Below are positions 1 through 13,904 of a DNA stretch of 64,000 bases, piece by piece. The notes below the pieces were generated by a model, which saw only the letters and a program-made list of their open reading frames with translations, ran no database searches and had not been told where the DNA came from. How positions within the stretch are numbered: the first letter of the stretch is position 1; every line of letters begins with the position of its first letter. Origin of the DNA: Malacoraja senta. Taxonomy: Eukaryota. Location of the stretch: positions 124,001 through 188,000 of the forward strand of contig JAXLNO010005688.1 of NCBI GenBank assembly GCA_038087875.1. Reading direction: 5' to 3'. The translations under genes and the position numbers were made by a program.

Positions 1-526
1 AGTTTCCCGCGAAATCCATTTCGGGTTTCCCCCCGAGCCTGGTATCCCCGCGGTTATTGTAGCCGGGGTTCCCTCTGCAGTCCTTGTAGAAGGGATCCCC
101 GCGAGATCCATGTCGGGTCCCCCCCCCTCCCCCCCGAGCATGGTATCCCCGCGGTTCCTGGAAAAAATAGTGGCTTACCCTCCAGTGGGTTGCCACTAGT
201 CTGAAGCCGCTGGCTCCACTGCCGGCGACTCGAAAAAGGCGAACTGTACCGCCGCCCGCTACCCGCATCGCGGCCTCCGTAGCGGGTTCCCCGCGATCCA
301 TAGGCGGGTTTCCCCGAGGTCGTGACCCGGATTCCCCGACCCTGTAGTCAGCGACTGGGTTCCTCGCGGTCCATAAAGTATCTCCCGCGGCCCGGCAGAC
401 TTCGCCGAAATAAAGCGGGACCTCTGTAAGGCTTACAGGGATTCCTGCAAAACACAACCTGGAAAAGTTTAAAACTTACCTTCAGGTTCGACCACTGGTG
501 GAGCACACGTGACTCCGACGTAAAAT
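1..526 (-). mobile_element. 5' end of a DIRS1-type retrotransposon (copy C, continues beyond window start)
   Basis: cacgtgactccgacgtaaaat at 506-526 matches the 5' terminus of the two full DIRS copies. It is followed on the minus strand by a GTAAGT donor and GC-rich ORF1-like DNA. Confidence 0.7.
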
Positions 527-3500
527 AGGCTGATGGCCGTAGAAAAGCAGAAAATTTTGGAGCTACACTTTCATTTGTGGCGAGAGGAACAAAGTTCACA
601 TTTCAGGTCAACAACTTTTCATGAGAACTGGGAAAAAGTGAGAAATATAAGCTTGTTTTATAGCTTCTTCCAGTTCTGATGAAATGTAATTGAAAACAAA
701 AATAAGTCTCTTGGTTTGAAACCCTGGTTGGGAACAAATAAATTGCAGAATAATTAAATGCTGTTCAGTTCTATCTCCACAATGGAGGGCACAATTAGCT
801 TTCTAAATGTATGGATGGTAGGAATTGAAAGAAATCGATGTTAGGATTAATGACAAAGTGCTTGGAGATAATGGCGATAGAAGCAGGAAATCTCTGAAGT
901 TTGGTGATCTACTTCCAGTGGACTAAAGGAATTTGGTGATAAATTATTTGGATGCAGGAACAAACTGAAACACCTCCAATATTCTATTCCATGGGGAGAA
1001 GGCAGGAACGGGATACTGATTGTGGATGATCAACCATGATCACAGTGAATGGCGATGCAGGCTCAAAGAGCCAAATGACCTGCTCCTGCACCATTCAGGT
1101 AATTGTCCTATTACATCGTCTAATGTCTATAAAATGTAATTCAGTAAATGAAACAATCCATGGTTGCCACGAGGTGGTCTGTAATGTTCCGTTGCTGTGG
1201 TACATTAGGTCAGTTCAAGAACCTGATGGGACAGTAGCTTTTTTTGAACTGGGAGTGTGGGACGTTACACTTCTGTGTCTCCTGTCCGATGGTAACAGTG
1301 AGAAGAAAGCACAGTCTATCCCATTTCAGCTATTGGTTTAGCAAACTTAACCTGAACAACTTGTTATTCTTAACATCTCTATATTCTGAGACCTTTCCTG
1401 TAAAAAATCTTTCAGGGGAAGTGTTGCGAATATCCGCTGAAACTACAACGTAATCTGTGTGCCTTTGTTATCAATTCCCCTCGCAGTAGACAATAGCCTT
1501 CTTTGTGTTTTTCTAACTACTTGCTCTACCTTGTGCAAGTACCTGACTATCAGGAGGATAAATTCAATCTGGAAAGATTGGGGAAAGATCATCAAATATT
1601 TTTATATTGTGATATTTGGAGTATACAGTTATTGTTTGGAAAATTGATACAGGTATTGTAATTTTATTTTCCACTTAGCTTGTATAGTGCTGATAATTTA
1701 CATAAGATGTTCACTCCTGTATATCTGTATGAGTGCGGGAAGCCAAATGTTTCAGGACATTTTATAGTGGAGACTTATGTGTTCAAAATTACATATGTTT
1801 TCCAAGTGACTTCCATCACATAAGCAAAGAAACTAAGCAATTTCACAAGCTATTGGTTAGAAGCGATTTTTATTTAGTTTAGAGATACAACATGAATCAG
1901 GCGCTTCGGACCAGTGATTCTATGGTGACCATCGATCACCTGTTTTAGTTTAATTGTTCATTGTCATATGAAAAGCTTGAATTTGCACGTATCCAGCCAA
2001 AGGAAGGCCTATACATGATTGCAATCAAACCATCCTCAGTGTACAGGTGAAGGGTAAATAAAGATTTAAGAGTGGAATGATTGTAATGGATGACAACAGA
2101 CCTCTTACAGTCTGCACGCAGACGCAGACCAGCACGCAAAGAATCGCCTTATTCAGGCGCCATCTTTGGTCTCGACATTCATACTGGTTCGAGAGTGTTT
2201 TATTGTCAAGCACGTTTTATTGTCTTATGTCCCAAAACAGGCTATTTTGGCGTGTCGGAAACGGTAAGTTGGTTTGAATTGTTTTATTGTAACGAAACAA
2301 CGAGCCAACGAGAGTGGATAAGACAACCAAATTTACAATGTGGCTTCAACAAGTGTGGGCGCTAGATTGACAGTTACTGACAGTTACAGCAAAAAACCTG
2401 CCAATAGAACACCCGCCCGCGCTCAGTGACTCCTCCAGTCAATCACGAGGGTTCCATTACCCAGAGCCACCACCAGGTGTCGCTACACTATGTTATTCCC
2501 CTTTTTCAAACATTCCCTACACATTAGTGGCAATTTTATGGAGGACATTTACGGCAACCTAAAAAGCTGCATGTGTTTGGGATGTGGGAGGAAACTGGAA
2601 CACCCGGAGGAAACCCACACAGTCACTCAAACTCCACAGCACCGAATGTCCGTATCGAACCTAGGTCTCTGGTGCTGTGAGGTAGTAGCTCTACCGGCTG
2701 CGCCATTGTGCTGCTCATTTTATGAGTGAAAATTCCATTGATTTCTTTGTTTTGAGTTTTAGTTACTTTGAGAATAGAGCAGGATTTGCTTTTATGTGAG
2801 TTTATAGACACATAACCTGCGAGAATTGCCAATCCAGTGATAAGGAAGTGCTACACTGTCCGAGGTGCCAATTCTGGACTCGAGGCCTCATCTGTCGTCT
2901 TACGTCCAGTGGTACTATTTGACGAATACCGGGGATTTTTGATGCCTAATACTTAAACAGGAACCAACTTCACCAGAATATTGTATCTTGTTATTAGGGG
3001 AACTTTGCCATGTCCAAATCGGCTGGTGTGTTTTCCTGTATCCTAGCAGTGACAATAATTCAAAATTATTGGAATGCTGAAAAATGGAAAGTGCTCATGG
3101 AAAAAGCAATTTGTTTGTGCCCTTGCGCGTGGAAATGGAAATAGGATGAAATACAGATAAGTCCAATATCGGCAAAGGAAATCTATATATAACTTTGGCC
3201 ATACTTGTAGAATTAAATAACAGCTGATAGGAGGTGCTGTAAGGCTCAAGTTTGAATACCTTGTGTTAGAATACCTCAAGTAATCTAACCTCCAGAATCA
3301 TCCAGGATAGAAAAATCCAGAGATGCATCATCCACTGTGAGAGGAATTTCTTGCCCACCTCTGTTTTAAATGGCAGCTCCTTTGTCTTGTGATCCATACA
3401 TGTTATACCTTTCAGTTGCCTCAGTTCCCATTGTTGCATCTAGCGTGCTCAGGATATTTCCTACTTTAAACGTGTTTTTGTTTTGTAATGGGCCTGCTTT

Positions 3501-5520
3501 CCATTGGGTAGAGAAATATTACCCTAAAACTATGTGTTCATATTATGTGTTCATTGAAAGCTACGTTCATCAAAGTGAAACCATGTACATGTTCAATGAC
3601 CAAAAGTCAACTGAAATTTGACCCTGCTTCCAAAACAATTGAGGTCCCAAGTTCCACGTATCTACTCGCAGAAATATTTTGTGTATTGCATTGCATAATA
3701 ATTTGTCCATTATTGCAACTCTCCATTATTAAGCATTATTGCGGCATCTTTGAGCCCATAATCCTGCTCTGCTTATTGGTTGTAAGGAATTTAGATGTAT
3801 GATCATTTAACACATTGAAACTACCTGAATTTTAGAGCCCAGCTGCCTTCATACTTGTTGCCTACTCCCCCATAACCCCTGAAACCCGCACTAATCAAGA
3901 ATCTATTAAACTCCGCCATAAAATATCCATTGACTTGGCCTCCACATCCTTCTGTGGCAATGAATTAGACAGATTCACCACCCTCTGATTAAATAAATTC
4001 CTCCTCTCCATTCACTTTAATGTATCTTTATTATCTGCCACTGATCTGCTTTGCATTGGGTGTCACTTTCTTCAATTGGTCCCCTCTGGCATTTGCTAAT
4101 CTTATCATTCGCATCATTAGTACTGAACTATTATCTACCTCTTTGATGACCCTCGGACTATCCTTGATCAGACTTTGCTGGGTTTACCTTGCGCTGTAAA
4201 TGGGTCGACTGTAATCGTGTATTTTCCTTCTGCTGACTGGTCAGCACGCAACAAAAGCTTTACAATGTACCTCGGTACACGTGACAACAAACTAAATTGA
4301 AACTCAAGAGCATAGACCATAGAACAGTACAGCAAAGGAACAGGCCCTTTGGCCCACAATGCCCGTGCCAAGGATGATGACCGATTAAACTAATCTTCTC
4401 TGCTTGCCTGCTCTGTACCAATTCAATTTCATTATTATTTTGGTTCATTTGCAGCCACATTAAAATAGAAGCATGTGGAGGTGCATTTGTGCAAACGAAC
4501 TGCCCCTTGAATCGGCGGGGGTAAGTATTTTTGTAATTTCTTGTTGTTGCTTTTGCATTTATAAAATTTGTATTTGTATTCATGATATATTTTGGATTTT
4601 TTTTTCTTGTATAAAATAATGTGTGTACTACAATCAATTGCTTATGATTTCAATTTCAAAAATATTTCATGAAAATGCTTTTCCTGTGCTTAACTTAATT
4701 TCTGTTATATTTTGCCTCTGGTAAATTTTAGCCATTTCAAATTGAATTTCTCATGTTTTATTATTTGTTATTGGCATTACTCATTTTTATGAGATGGGTT
4801 GTGCATATTAAGGCCGAGAAATGTTTATTTGTGTAATGTGACTGGTTCACTACTTGAAAAAATACATTCTCCTCAAAGTAAACCTGGGGTGTTTATGACA
4901 TTCATGATTTTCTTCCAGTCCTGTGCAGTGATTAGCAATGGTGGGCCATTAATGTAGAAGCAACCCTGGAAAAGATGGGCATCCTGTTTGTTCCAAGATG
5001 AAAGGGATTGGTCTGAGCAGGACCCAAGCTCTTGGACTAGGAGTCAGCTGCTCATCATAACACCTTAGCTTGTGGGCAGCGTTGACCACCAATTCTAAAC
5101 TCCTCACCCACAGGCATCAGATAGCTATTGGCCCTCACTGAAGCCTGAATTGACCCTTGGTTTTCACTTACGATACGATACAATAAAACTGTATTCATCC
5201 CCGGAGGGAAATAGGTCTGCCAACAGTCACAACACACAAGGTGCACGAAAACATGAAATTAAAAGTGCAAATAAAAAGAAAAAGACCAGCGACTGTTGGC
5301 TGTCTGTCATGAGCACAACGACTTAAACGGAACGAACGAACAAACAAATAAACAAATGCAGGTTTATCCCCTGGGTAGAGAATTATAAAAGTAGAGTACT
5401 CCCCCACACCGGGACCCACATTGTTCTACCACCATCCCTCACGGCAGTCCCCCAACGCCCGGTCCCCATTGTCTACCCCTACACCCCCCTCTCATTAAAC
5501 GCTGATTGCGGGTCGATCGT

Positions 5521-5642
5521 GAGGCTCCACTGCCGCTGAGGTTCCCGCTGCCGCTGTGGCTCCCGTTGCTGCTGAGGCTCCCATTGCCGCCGAAGCTCCC
5601 GTTGCTGCTGAAGCTTCCATCACCGCCGCTGCTGAGGCTCCC
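5521..5642. repeat. Degenerate 18-bp minisatellite (about 7 copies)
   Basis: Units like gaggctcccattgccgct / gaagctcccgttgctgct. Confidence 0.75.
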
Positions 5643-6248
5643 TCAGCCCACTGGTTTGTAGGTTAATTGGCTAGGTATAATTGTAAATTGTCCCTAGTGT
5701 GTAGGATAGTGTTAATGTGCAGGGATTGCTGGTTGGCGCGGACTCGGTGGGCCAAAGCGGTGTGTCTCTAAACTAAAATGAACTAAACTATAACTCAGTG
5801 GCTTGGGTGAAAAAGGATGGATGAAGTTTCAGGTTGGGACCCTTCTTTAGACTGATTGTAGGGGGTGGATCTGGAAGCAAGAAAAGACCACGACAAATTT
5901 GAAAAAGGGTCCTGACCCGAAACATCAACCATCCTTTTTTCCAGAGATACCACCTGACCTGCTGAGTTAATCCAGCATATTGTGTCTGTCTATCCTATTC
6001 CCCCCCCCCTCAATATGAGAATTCATCGTGGGAAAGTCTTTGAGCATGATAAAATACACGAGGCCAATTACGTTGGGTCTCCAGAGTGACTGAATTTTGC
6101 AGCAGTGGCCTTGCAATACAAAAAATGCATTGGCTTCCATGCATTCCACATTAATGTTCTTCTCAAGTCACTGAATATTTCAATACTGTTTTCTCCGAAG
6201 TCCGATTCACTATGATGCAGTTATTAATGGTGACCAATTATTCTGCAG

Positions 6249-6374
6249 GCACTGAGCTGCCAGAAGTCTACAGGTAAGTATTCAGTGGCTGATTTAACTA
6301 AGGAGCTGGCTCAGTATGAACAACTAGTAGTGCAGCTCAAAGACCAAATTCAGGACAAAGAGACCCAGCTTCAC
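6249..6374 (+). CDS. Internal exon of unidentified coiled-coil protein gene
   Basis: ttctgcag| and |GTGAGC, 126 bp, phase 0-0. Translates ALSCQKSTGKYSVADLTKELAQYEQLVVQLKDQIQDKETQLH (heptad pattern). Confidence 0.7.
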
Positions 6375-8566
6375 GTGAGCGATCAACAACTTAAGATAAC
6401 ATCAATTCCGGTTGAATATTTGTGACCCTCACTGAGTGAGCAATTACAGTGATCTGTGTACTTTGTGTTTGCATTTCTGCAGTTGGATTTCACTTAAAAG
6501 CCTGAAAATTCAGACCAAAATATTGCAAGTTTGCTTTTTAACAATAACAATTAACAATGCCTCTTATTTTCTGAAGCAAAGACTATTGTTAAACCGTTTC
6601 ACGTCATGTGTCAGATCTTTTCAAGGAAATTGAAAGGATACCTTCACACTTGGTTTAGAAGGTTGTACTTCAAAATAGACTACAACATGTTATTTAAAAG
6701 TCCTACTCAAATGATTTAAGCAGAAAGTCACGCCTGATACTTCCAGTACAATACCGAGAGAATGCTGCACCAGAAGTGCCAACTTTCAAATGAAATGTTG
6801 AATTAAATCGTGTTTGGTGTCTCAGGCGGATGTGAAATATTTTATTTTGGCATAGTTTAGAGAAAGAAATGTGTTTTCTGGGGTGACTTTTCCAGTCTTT
6901 ACCCCAAAAGTAACACGCTTCAAGTAGTTAATCCACCACATTAGTACATTATCACATATTTGCTATTTTCAAATTAGTTACATGGTTTACGACATTACAA
7001 TGTTAATTCAACAACAAAGGTACCTTATCAGCAACATTGGCTGCAAACACATTTTAGGCACCCTGAGGAAGTCATTGTTTTCTGTTTAAATCCAGTAATG
7101 ATTCCTTGGACCTTGACCATGAGAGAGTTTGTTTTGCCACTGAATTATTTTGGGGCTTGATTCCAAATACAGGCTGTGAGGTTTGCTAAATTTGCAGTGC
7201 AATTGCAGCCATGTCTGGATTACTGCATTAATTTAGTGAAGTTGGCATCTCCGAAGGTCCGGCAGAAATGTTTCCCAGCCAGTTAAAAGAAGCAAGGGTG
7301 GGGACAGCTGAGGTTCTGACTAAATGTTTTCAGTCTTCCTTTGCCAAAGGAATGGTGCCAGTAAATTGCTCAAATTGTCGAGGGGCACTTCCTGTTATTA
7401 TATAATAGCAAAGATGAAATTGTACAGGAGAAGATGCTGATGAGATTTAATTTAGTTAATTGTCACTTGTATCGAGTAAACTATTAAAGAATACAAGTTT
7501 CTGACAAATTTTGAGAGGTTGGTTGAGGAGGCACTGTGTTGGGTGGCACGCTGGCGCAGCGGTAGAGTTGCTGCATTGCAGCACTTGCAGCGCCAGAGAC
7601 CCGGGTTCCATTCCAATTACGGGTGCTGTCTGGACGTTCTCCCCTTGACCGTGTGAGTTTTGCTTTTGTTTGTTTTTAGTCTGTTTTATTTGTGTGTGTG
7701 TTAGCGTATCTTTAGTTTTGTATTATGTGGGGGTGGGGTGGGGGAGGGGGGTTGGGGAAAAGAGAAACATTTTTTATCTCTTCCCTCGACGGAAGTGCGA
7801 CTTTTTCCGTATTACATCTCCCCCGGCACTGTGGCCTAACATCGTGGAGCTGGAGGTAGCTTTGTTCGGGATCAACGTCGGGAGCTCCAACTGCAGGAGC
7901 TTTGATCGCCGACTGCGGGAGCTTCGATCGCCCCGACAGCAGGTGTTTCGATTGCCCTGACTGCGAGAAAAGGAGAAGAATGGTAAAAAGTTATTCGCCG
8001 TCCATCACAGTGGGGTATATGTGGTCGCCGAAAAACACGATGAATGAGCTGCCTGCCCTGGTGTGGACTCGGAGGGATTGCCGTGAGAGCAGTGATCCTG
8101 GAGTCTGGTTCGAGTGTGGACAGCTTTCTGACTTTGGGCGGACAGGGACTGCAGAGAGAATACAGCGGTCGGTGAAGGAGCGTGTGTGGCCCGGACATTG
8201 AACTGATGGCTGTGGGTCTCCGCTTATGCTGTGTGCCCTAGGGATTCACACACGCCACTGTGGTAGCTGTTTATGTTTAATCTTTATGTAGTTTTGTATC
8301 TTGTTGCTTTTTTGGTACGACTCTGTGGTAAATCAAATTTCACTGTACCTCAGTACACGTGGCAATAATGGACCATTAAACCATTGAATGCAAATTAATA
8401 ATTTCATCCCGTGATTTCATTAATAATCATTTTAATTTTAATGAACCAAGGTGGTATTGAAGAATTGGTGCACTTGAATTACAAATGTTGCGAGTGTGTG
8501 ATTTCCATTCTATGTTGCCCAGTTTTTATCACTGTTAGGAGGTATTAGTCACATTAACTTCCTCAG

Positions 8567-8680
8567 TTGCTGGAAGACTTCAAGGAAAAGCTCCATGAAA
8601 ACGAAGAGGCATTATTGGAAAAGACGCAACTTGTGGATGTGTTGCAGGAAAAGCTCGATGAGAAGGATCTGGAGCTAGTG
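8567..8680 (+). CDS. Internal exon of the same coiled-coil protein gene
   Basis: cttcctcag| and |GTAAGG, 114 bp, phase 0-0. Translates LLEDFKEKLHENEEALLEKTQLVDVLQEKLDEKDLELV; joins in frame to the 6249-6374 exon. Confidence 0.8.
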
Positions 8681-9099
8681 GTAAGGAAATCATTGTTTGC
8701 TGCTGTGTGAATCTTTTACAGGGAAAGATCTCTGCAACAAGTTAAGGGATTCTGTTGTAACTGGCAGTGAAATAAAAATAGCAGTGAGCCTCTTGGAAAT
8801 AAATCTGTAAATATGAATAAATTAGAAGATTTTCTTTTATATAAATCTTCCCATTTTTTTCTAAATCAGCCCATCAACCCTTTTATAATCGGTTATAGTG
8901 CAGAATTACAGTTTTTGTGGAGCCTTGCAGCATTGTCATTGCTGATCTGTGCCACCAATGTTTCTCAGCCGTGACCAAGATCAGAACAGATCTGCTGTTT
9001 AAGATGCCCACAACATATGAACTCATTGATTATAATGCAACAGTGTCACTATTGATTATATTGTTCTTCATTTTCCCATCCACTAGTGGGAGAGTCTAG

Positions 9100-10180
9100 G
9101 GACTTCGTTACCTTTTACAATTACGAGATTGAATAAATATACGACTAACCCAATAATAAGACATACGTTCCGAATACGGTTTCAATTTCGTAAGTTTTTT
9201 GGACTAAATGATTTTATCTTATCGAGTCCGATTTTATCCAAATTTCTCTTCCAACCATCTTGTACTTATCACGTTTTTTTGTTATGGAAGAGGAAGGGAT
9301 TAGTAGCTTTTCGTGATTTGTATTAGGAGGGTTGTTTTATGTCTTTCGAACACCTCTCCAATAAATATAACTTACCTAATTCACACTTTTTTAGATATTT
9401 ACAAATTAGACAAAAGGAACTACCCCTTTTTCCGCTACCACATCAACCCGAAATTTTGGAATTGTTTTCAGTTGAACCCTTATCAGAAAGGATTAATAAC
9501 GACTATTTATGAGTTGATTTTAAAATTAGAAATAGATACATTTGATAAAATTAAGAATGACTGGGAAAGAGAACTCTAAATGTCTTTATCTATAGAGAAA
9601 TGGGAGAGGATCCTTCAATTAGTTAATACCTCTTCAATGTGTGCAAGACAGGCTTTGATACAATTCAAGGTGGTTCACAGAGCTGATATGTCAAAAGATA
9701 AGTTAGCTCGTTTTTATGGTTATATAAATCCTACCTGTGATAGATGTAACTCTGAAGTGGCATCACTGACCCATATGTTTTCGACCTGCCCTCTTTTGGA
9801 AAAATATTGGAAATAAATGTTTGATACTATTTCGGTAGTCTTAGGTATAGATTTACAACCTCATCCTATTACTGCAATTTTGGGGTTACCAATGATAGAT
9901 TCTATTCATTTGTCCCACTCCGCCCATCGGTTGATTGCTTTTACCACATTAATTGCCAGAAGATTTATTTTCTTTAATTGGAAAGATTCCAAACCTCCGA
10001 CCACACTCCAGTGGTATTCTGAAACGATATCATGTTTAAATTTAGAAAAAATCAGAAGTGACATTGTTGAACCCTTGGTTAAATTTGATAAGACTTGGGG
10101 AAAAATTATTGAACACTTTCATATAACATAAATTGTTCCCTCTTTAACCGTTATAAAAATTATTTTACCTTCATAGGGTG
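9100..10180 (+). mobile_element. L1/Tx1-type LINE ORF2 3' fragment
   Basis: LIQFKVVHR..CDRC..HMF.TCP.L..YW zinc-knuckle region; stops and frameshifts. Confidence 0.8.
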
Positions 10181-10229
10181 GAACGGACTTGACGACAAAC
10201 AGACTTAAATTGTTGAATTTCTCAGTTCA

Positions 10230-10364
10230 NNNNNNNNNNNNNNNNNNNNNNNNNNNNNNNNNNNNNNNNNNNNNNNNNNNNNNNNNNNNNNNNNNNNNNN
10301 NNNNNNNNNNNNNNNNNNNNNNNNNNNNNNNNNNNNNNNNNNNNNNNNNNNNNNNNNNNNNNNN
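10230..10364. other. Assembly gap (135 N)
   Basis: N run. Confidence 1.
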
Positions 10365-11302
10365 TTACATTTATGTTTCTTTTTACAGATTTAACTATAT
10401 TCATTGTGTATTTTGGTCTCATATTAGGTAATACCTGTTATTAATGTAATCCTGATCCCTATGTATCAATACCATTGTTATATTTATCATTATTCTTTTT
10501 GCTCTGTTTCTTATGTTTTATTTTTGTTTTTGTTTTTGTTTTTTTGAAAAAAAACAATAAAAAGATTTTAAAAGAAAGGTACTGAATAAAAAAGTTGGGA
10601 TGTTTTGCTACAGTTGTACAAGATGTAGGTGAGGTCACATGTGGAGTATTGTGTTACGTTTTGGTCACTCCACTATCGGAAGGATGTCTTTAACAGGGCC
10701 TGTGATTCAGGGAGAGGATGAGAATGCTTGGACTTTAGTCCTTGGCACGCAAGAGGCTGAGGGGTGATCTTATAGAAGTTCATAAAATCAAGGAGCTTAG
10801 ATAGATTGAATGCACAGAATCGTTTAACCAGCCTTGTGTAATCAAGAACCAGAGGACTTAGGTTTAAGGTGAGAAGGAAACGAGTTACTCGGAACCAGAC
10901 GAAGTGGAAATATGGAAGAACATTCCAGGGGAAGGAGTAGAGGAAGGTATTAAAACACATTTAGAACACACTTGGACAGGTACATACTGTAGATAGGAGA
11001 GGTTCAGTGAGATAAGGGTCAATTCCAGGAAAATTGTAGTTTAAACATGGCATCTTGTTTGGCATGGCCAAGTTGAGGCAAAGGGCCCATTTCCATGCCG
11101 TATGACTATGGCTCCGTGGGCTTGAGAAGCCAATTCTTTTCCGTTTCACTGCTAAATGATAGTTAATCACCCTCACTAATAGTGACCACAGTGGCAGACC
11201 CATGACCACGACTGGTTTACAGTGATAATAAGCTAACCATTACCTCAGTTCAAATATGCATGTCGTTGATGTTCAATGACTAAATTGTTGCTGCATTCTT
11301 AG

Positions 11303-11533
11303 TTTTGGCAAGGTTCTGATCTGGGTGCTGGAGCTGTTAGACATCGTGATACCATGAAAGCAGAACCTCCGTTTCCGGAAATATACTTGCTGAATGGTGT
11401 CTCAGACCAGCAATGCCAGGGAACATTGTATTTTGAAGAGGAAATATTACACAACCAAGGACAAGTGCTTGAGAAAGCAGCACGTCTGTTATTTCAATGC
11501 AAACTCTGCTCTTCATCCATCTTGTCATTTTGA
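11303..11533 (+). CDS. Candidate terminal exon of the coiled-coil gene
   Basis: cattcttag| phase-0 acceptor, then 76 open codons (FWQGSDLGAGAVRHRDTMKAEPPFPEIYLLNG..CKLCSSSILSF*) in non-repeat sequence, followed by AT-rich DNA. Confidence 0.35.
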   Translation, partial: FWQGSDLGAGAVRHRDTMKAEPPFPEIYLLNGVSDQQCQGTLYFEEEILHNQGQVLEKAARLLFQCKLCSSSILSF

Positions 11534-11899
11534 TCACCCAGTTAATTTATAATATTGTATAACATTTGCAATCAATTCTCACAGTTTATGACATATACAG
11601 CTGGCGTGAAGATGCATCAGTCAATACCTTCTGTCTTCCAATTTAGTTTATTTAATAGAAAGATAGAAACAGAAAAAAATAGGTGCAGGAATGGGCTATT
11701 CGGCCCTTTGAGCCAGCACCGCCATTCAATACAATCATGGCTGATCATCCAAAATTAATACTCCAATCTGGCTCTTTCCCCATATCCCTTGACTCCCTTA
11801 GCCCTAAGAGCTAAATCTAACTCTCTCTTGAAAACAGTGATACTGTGTGTAAACAGGCCATGTGTGCCACCAAATCCATACTAACCAACAATCACCCAT

Positions 11900-12130
11900 T
11901 CATAATAGACTTCCCATCCACCCCCTACACTATCAGTGCGACTTAACGAGGATGATTACCTGCACACCTGCTCATCTTTGGGATATGGGAGGAAACCGGA
12001 GCTCCCTGAGGAAGCCCACATAGTCACAAGGAGAATGTGCAAACTCCACGTAGACAGTACCCGAGGTCCAGATTGAACCTGGGTCTCTGGCGTTGTGAGG
12101 CAGCAGTTCTACCAGCTGCACTACCATCCT
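11900..12130 (-). mobile_element. V-SINE (minus strand)
   Basis: Reverse complement of head and V-domain. Confidence 0.7.
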
Positions 12131-13003
12131 GCATTACGTACAAACTCTAAACCCTACACTGACTTTCCTTCCACTTGTTATATTCAACACAATAACTCCT
12201 TTACACAGGAGGAAAGTGAACTGCAATTCATCACCAGAATATATCTTACAACAGTGTGATCACAGGCAAGAAATCAGTGATATAGATGACTGAATTTACA
12301 CTAAAACCCTGATCATCCAGCTCTCTTGGGATTTGGGAAATGGTAGATTTTAAGGACTGCTGCATGTTACTCCAAACATACTTTAATTCGACTAATTTAA
12401 GCACTTGTTGAGCAAGTCAGTGGTTGAGGTGCATCTGTACACTACTATCAGACTTAAGCTGACGAATACCCATTGTAATTTGCCTGCAGAGTCTCGAACC
12501 AGATTTCCACCTATCCATGGTCTCCAGGGATGTTGCCTGACCTGCTGAGTTACTATAGCACTGTCCCTCACAGTCTTTCCCAATCTTATAAATCAAAAAT
12601 AGTCGGCATCTTACTACATCATAAAAAGTCATGGAAATATGCAGCATACAAACATGGCCTTTGTCCCACTGACCTGCACCAACCATTCATGTACACTAAT
12701 CCTATATTTGTCCCACATTCTCATCAGCTCTCCCCACATTGTATCATGCACAATCTAGGGGACAACTAACCTACCAAACCATGTTTTGGGGATGTGGGAG
12801 GAAACCAGAGCACCTGGGGAAACCACTTGGCCTCAGGAACAACATGCAAACTCCACAGATGTTGGAATTTAATTCAGGTCTCTGACTCTGTGCTGCCCTG
12901 TTTCACATTGCAGTCCACCTGTCATGTTGTTGCTCATTCATTCGACTTTCCACCTTGAACCATTTTCCCAACACCACTTAATTTTGAGTCTTCCAGTAAC
13001 TGT

Positions 13004-13290
13004 GGCCTCGGTGGCACAGCGGTAGAGTTGCTGCCTTACAACGCTTGCAGCGCTGGAGACTCGGGTTCGATCCCGACCACTGATGCTGACTGTACAGAGT
13101 TTGTACGTTCTCCCCATGACCGCGTGTGTTTTCTCCGAGATCTAAGGATTCCTCCCACACTCCAAAGACGTACAGGTATGTAGGTTAATTAGCTTGGTGT
13201 GTGTGTGTGGGATAGTGTTAATGTGCGGGGATCACTGGTCAGCGCAGACTCCATGTTGCATCTCTAAATTAAACAAAACAAAACTAGTAA
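13004..13290 (+). mobile_element. tRNA-derived V-SINE (HE1-like)
   Basis: tRNA-like head gtggcacagcggtagagttgctgcc..gggttcgatccc, V-domain gagtttgtacgttctcccc..cctcccacactccaaagac, and CR1-like tail with (aaact)n. Confidence 0.85.
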
Positions 13291-13344
13291 ATGTTAAACT
13301 GCAACCAATCTGCCTCGTAACTAACTTGGATCATGAACAGTGTG

Positions 13345-13660
13345 AGCCCCCAACAGAGCAGCACAGTGTCACAACTCGTAGAACTGCTGCCCCACAGCGA
13401 CAGACCCGGGTTCAATTTTGACCTCGAGTGCCATCTATGTGGAGTTTGCACGTTCTCCGTGTAACCGCATTGGATCCCTCCAGGGGCTCCGGCTTCCTCA
13501 CACATCCCAAGATGTGTCAGTTTATAGTTTAATTGGCCACTGTAAATTGCTCCTAGTGGGTGGGGGACTGGATGAGAAGGTGCAATGAGAAAGAATTCAT
13601 GAGAACAGGTGGTTGGCATGGACACGGTGGGCTGAAAGGACTGCTTCCATGCTGTACTTT
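13345..13660 (+). mobile_element. V-SINE (HE1-like), older copy
   Basis: Same tripartite structure, more diverged. Confidence 0.7.
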
Positions 13661-13904
13661 TTAATGACTCATTGATATTTCTAGGATTGGGGGCAGTGAA
13701 TCCATAATGTTTAAAACAAAATTACACTGAATTCACAATTATAAAAAATCTGATTATCAGAAACATTTAACACCAGCACAAAGGCTAGTTGGTAGTGGTG
13801 ACTGTCGAGGCATTTCAAGTGTAGCTGCTGCCTTATCCTACTTGAGATCGATCATTTCTTCAAGCCTTTACTTGCAACAGTTCATCACAATTTTTCCATC
13901 TTAC

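Noticed and set aside
3545-3660. Possible upstream exon of the coiled-coil gene
   Set aside because: Splice sites are weak and the phase is incompatible; no supporting signature.
10621-10635. ctacag|TTGTACAAGATGTAG|gtgagg micro-exon
   Set aside because: It is part of a CR1 remnant (LYK.LVRPHLEYC region).
12392-12487. Possible cytoplasmic exon of gene B
   Set aside because: The acceptor sits at the edge of a Penelope pLTR, and the tail-like frame (ANYNGYSSA*) is out of phase with the TM exon.
13004-13080. tRNA genes
   Set aside because: The tRNA-like heads all continue into V-SINE bodies and tails; no standalone cloverleaf was seen.
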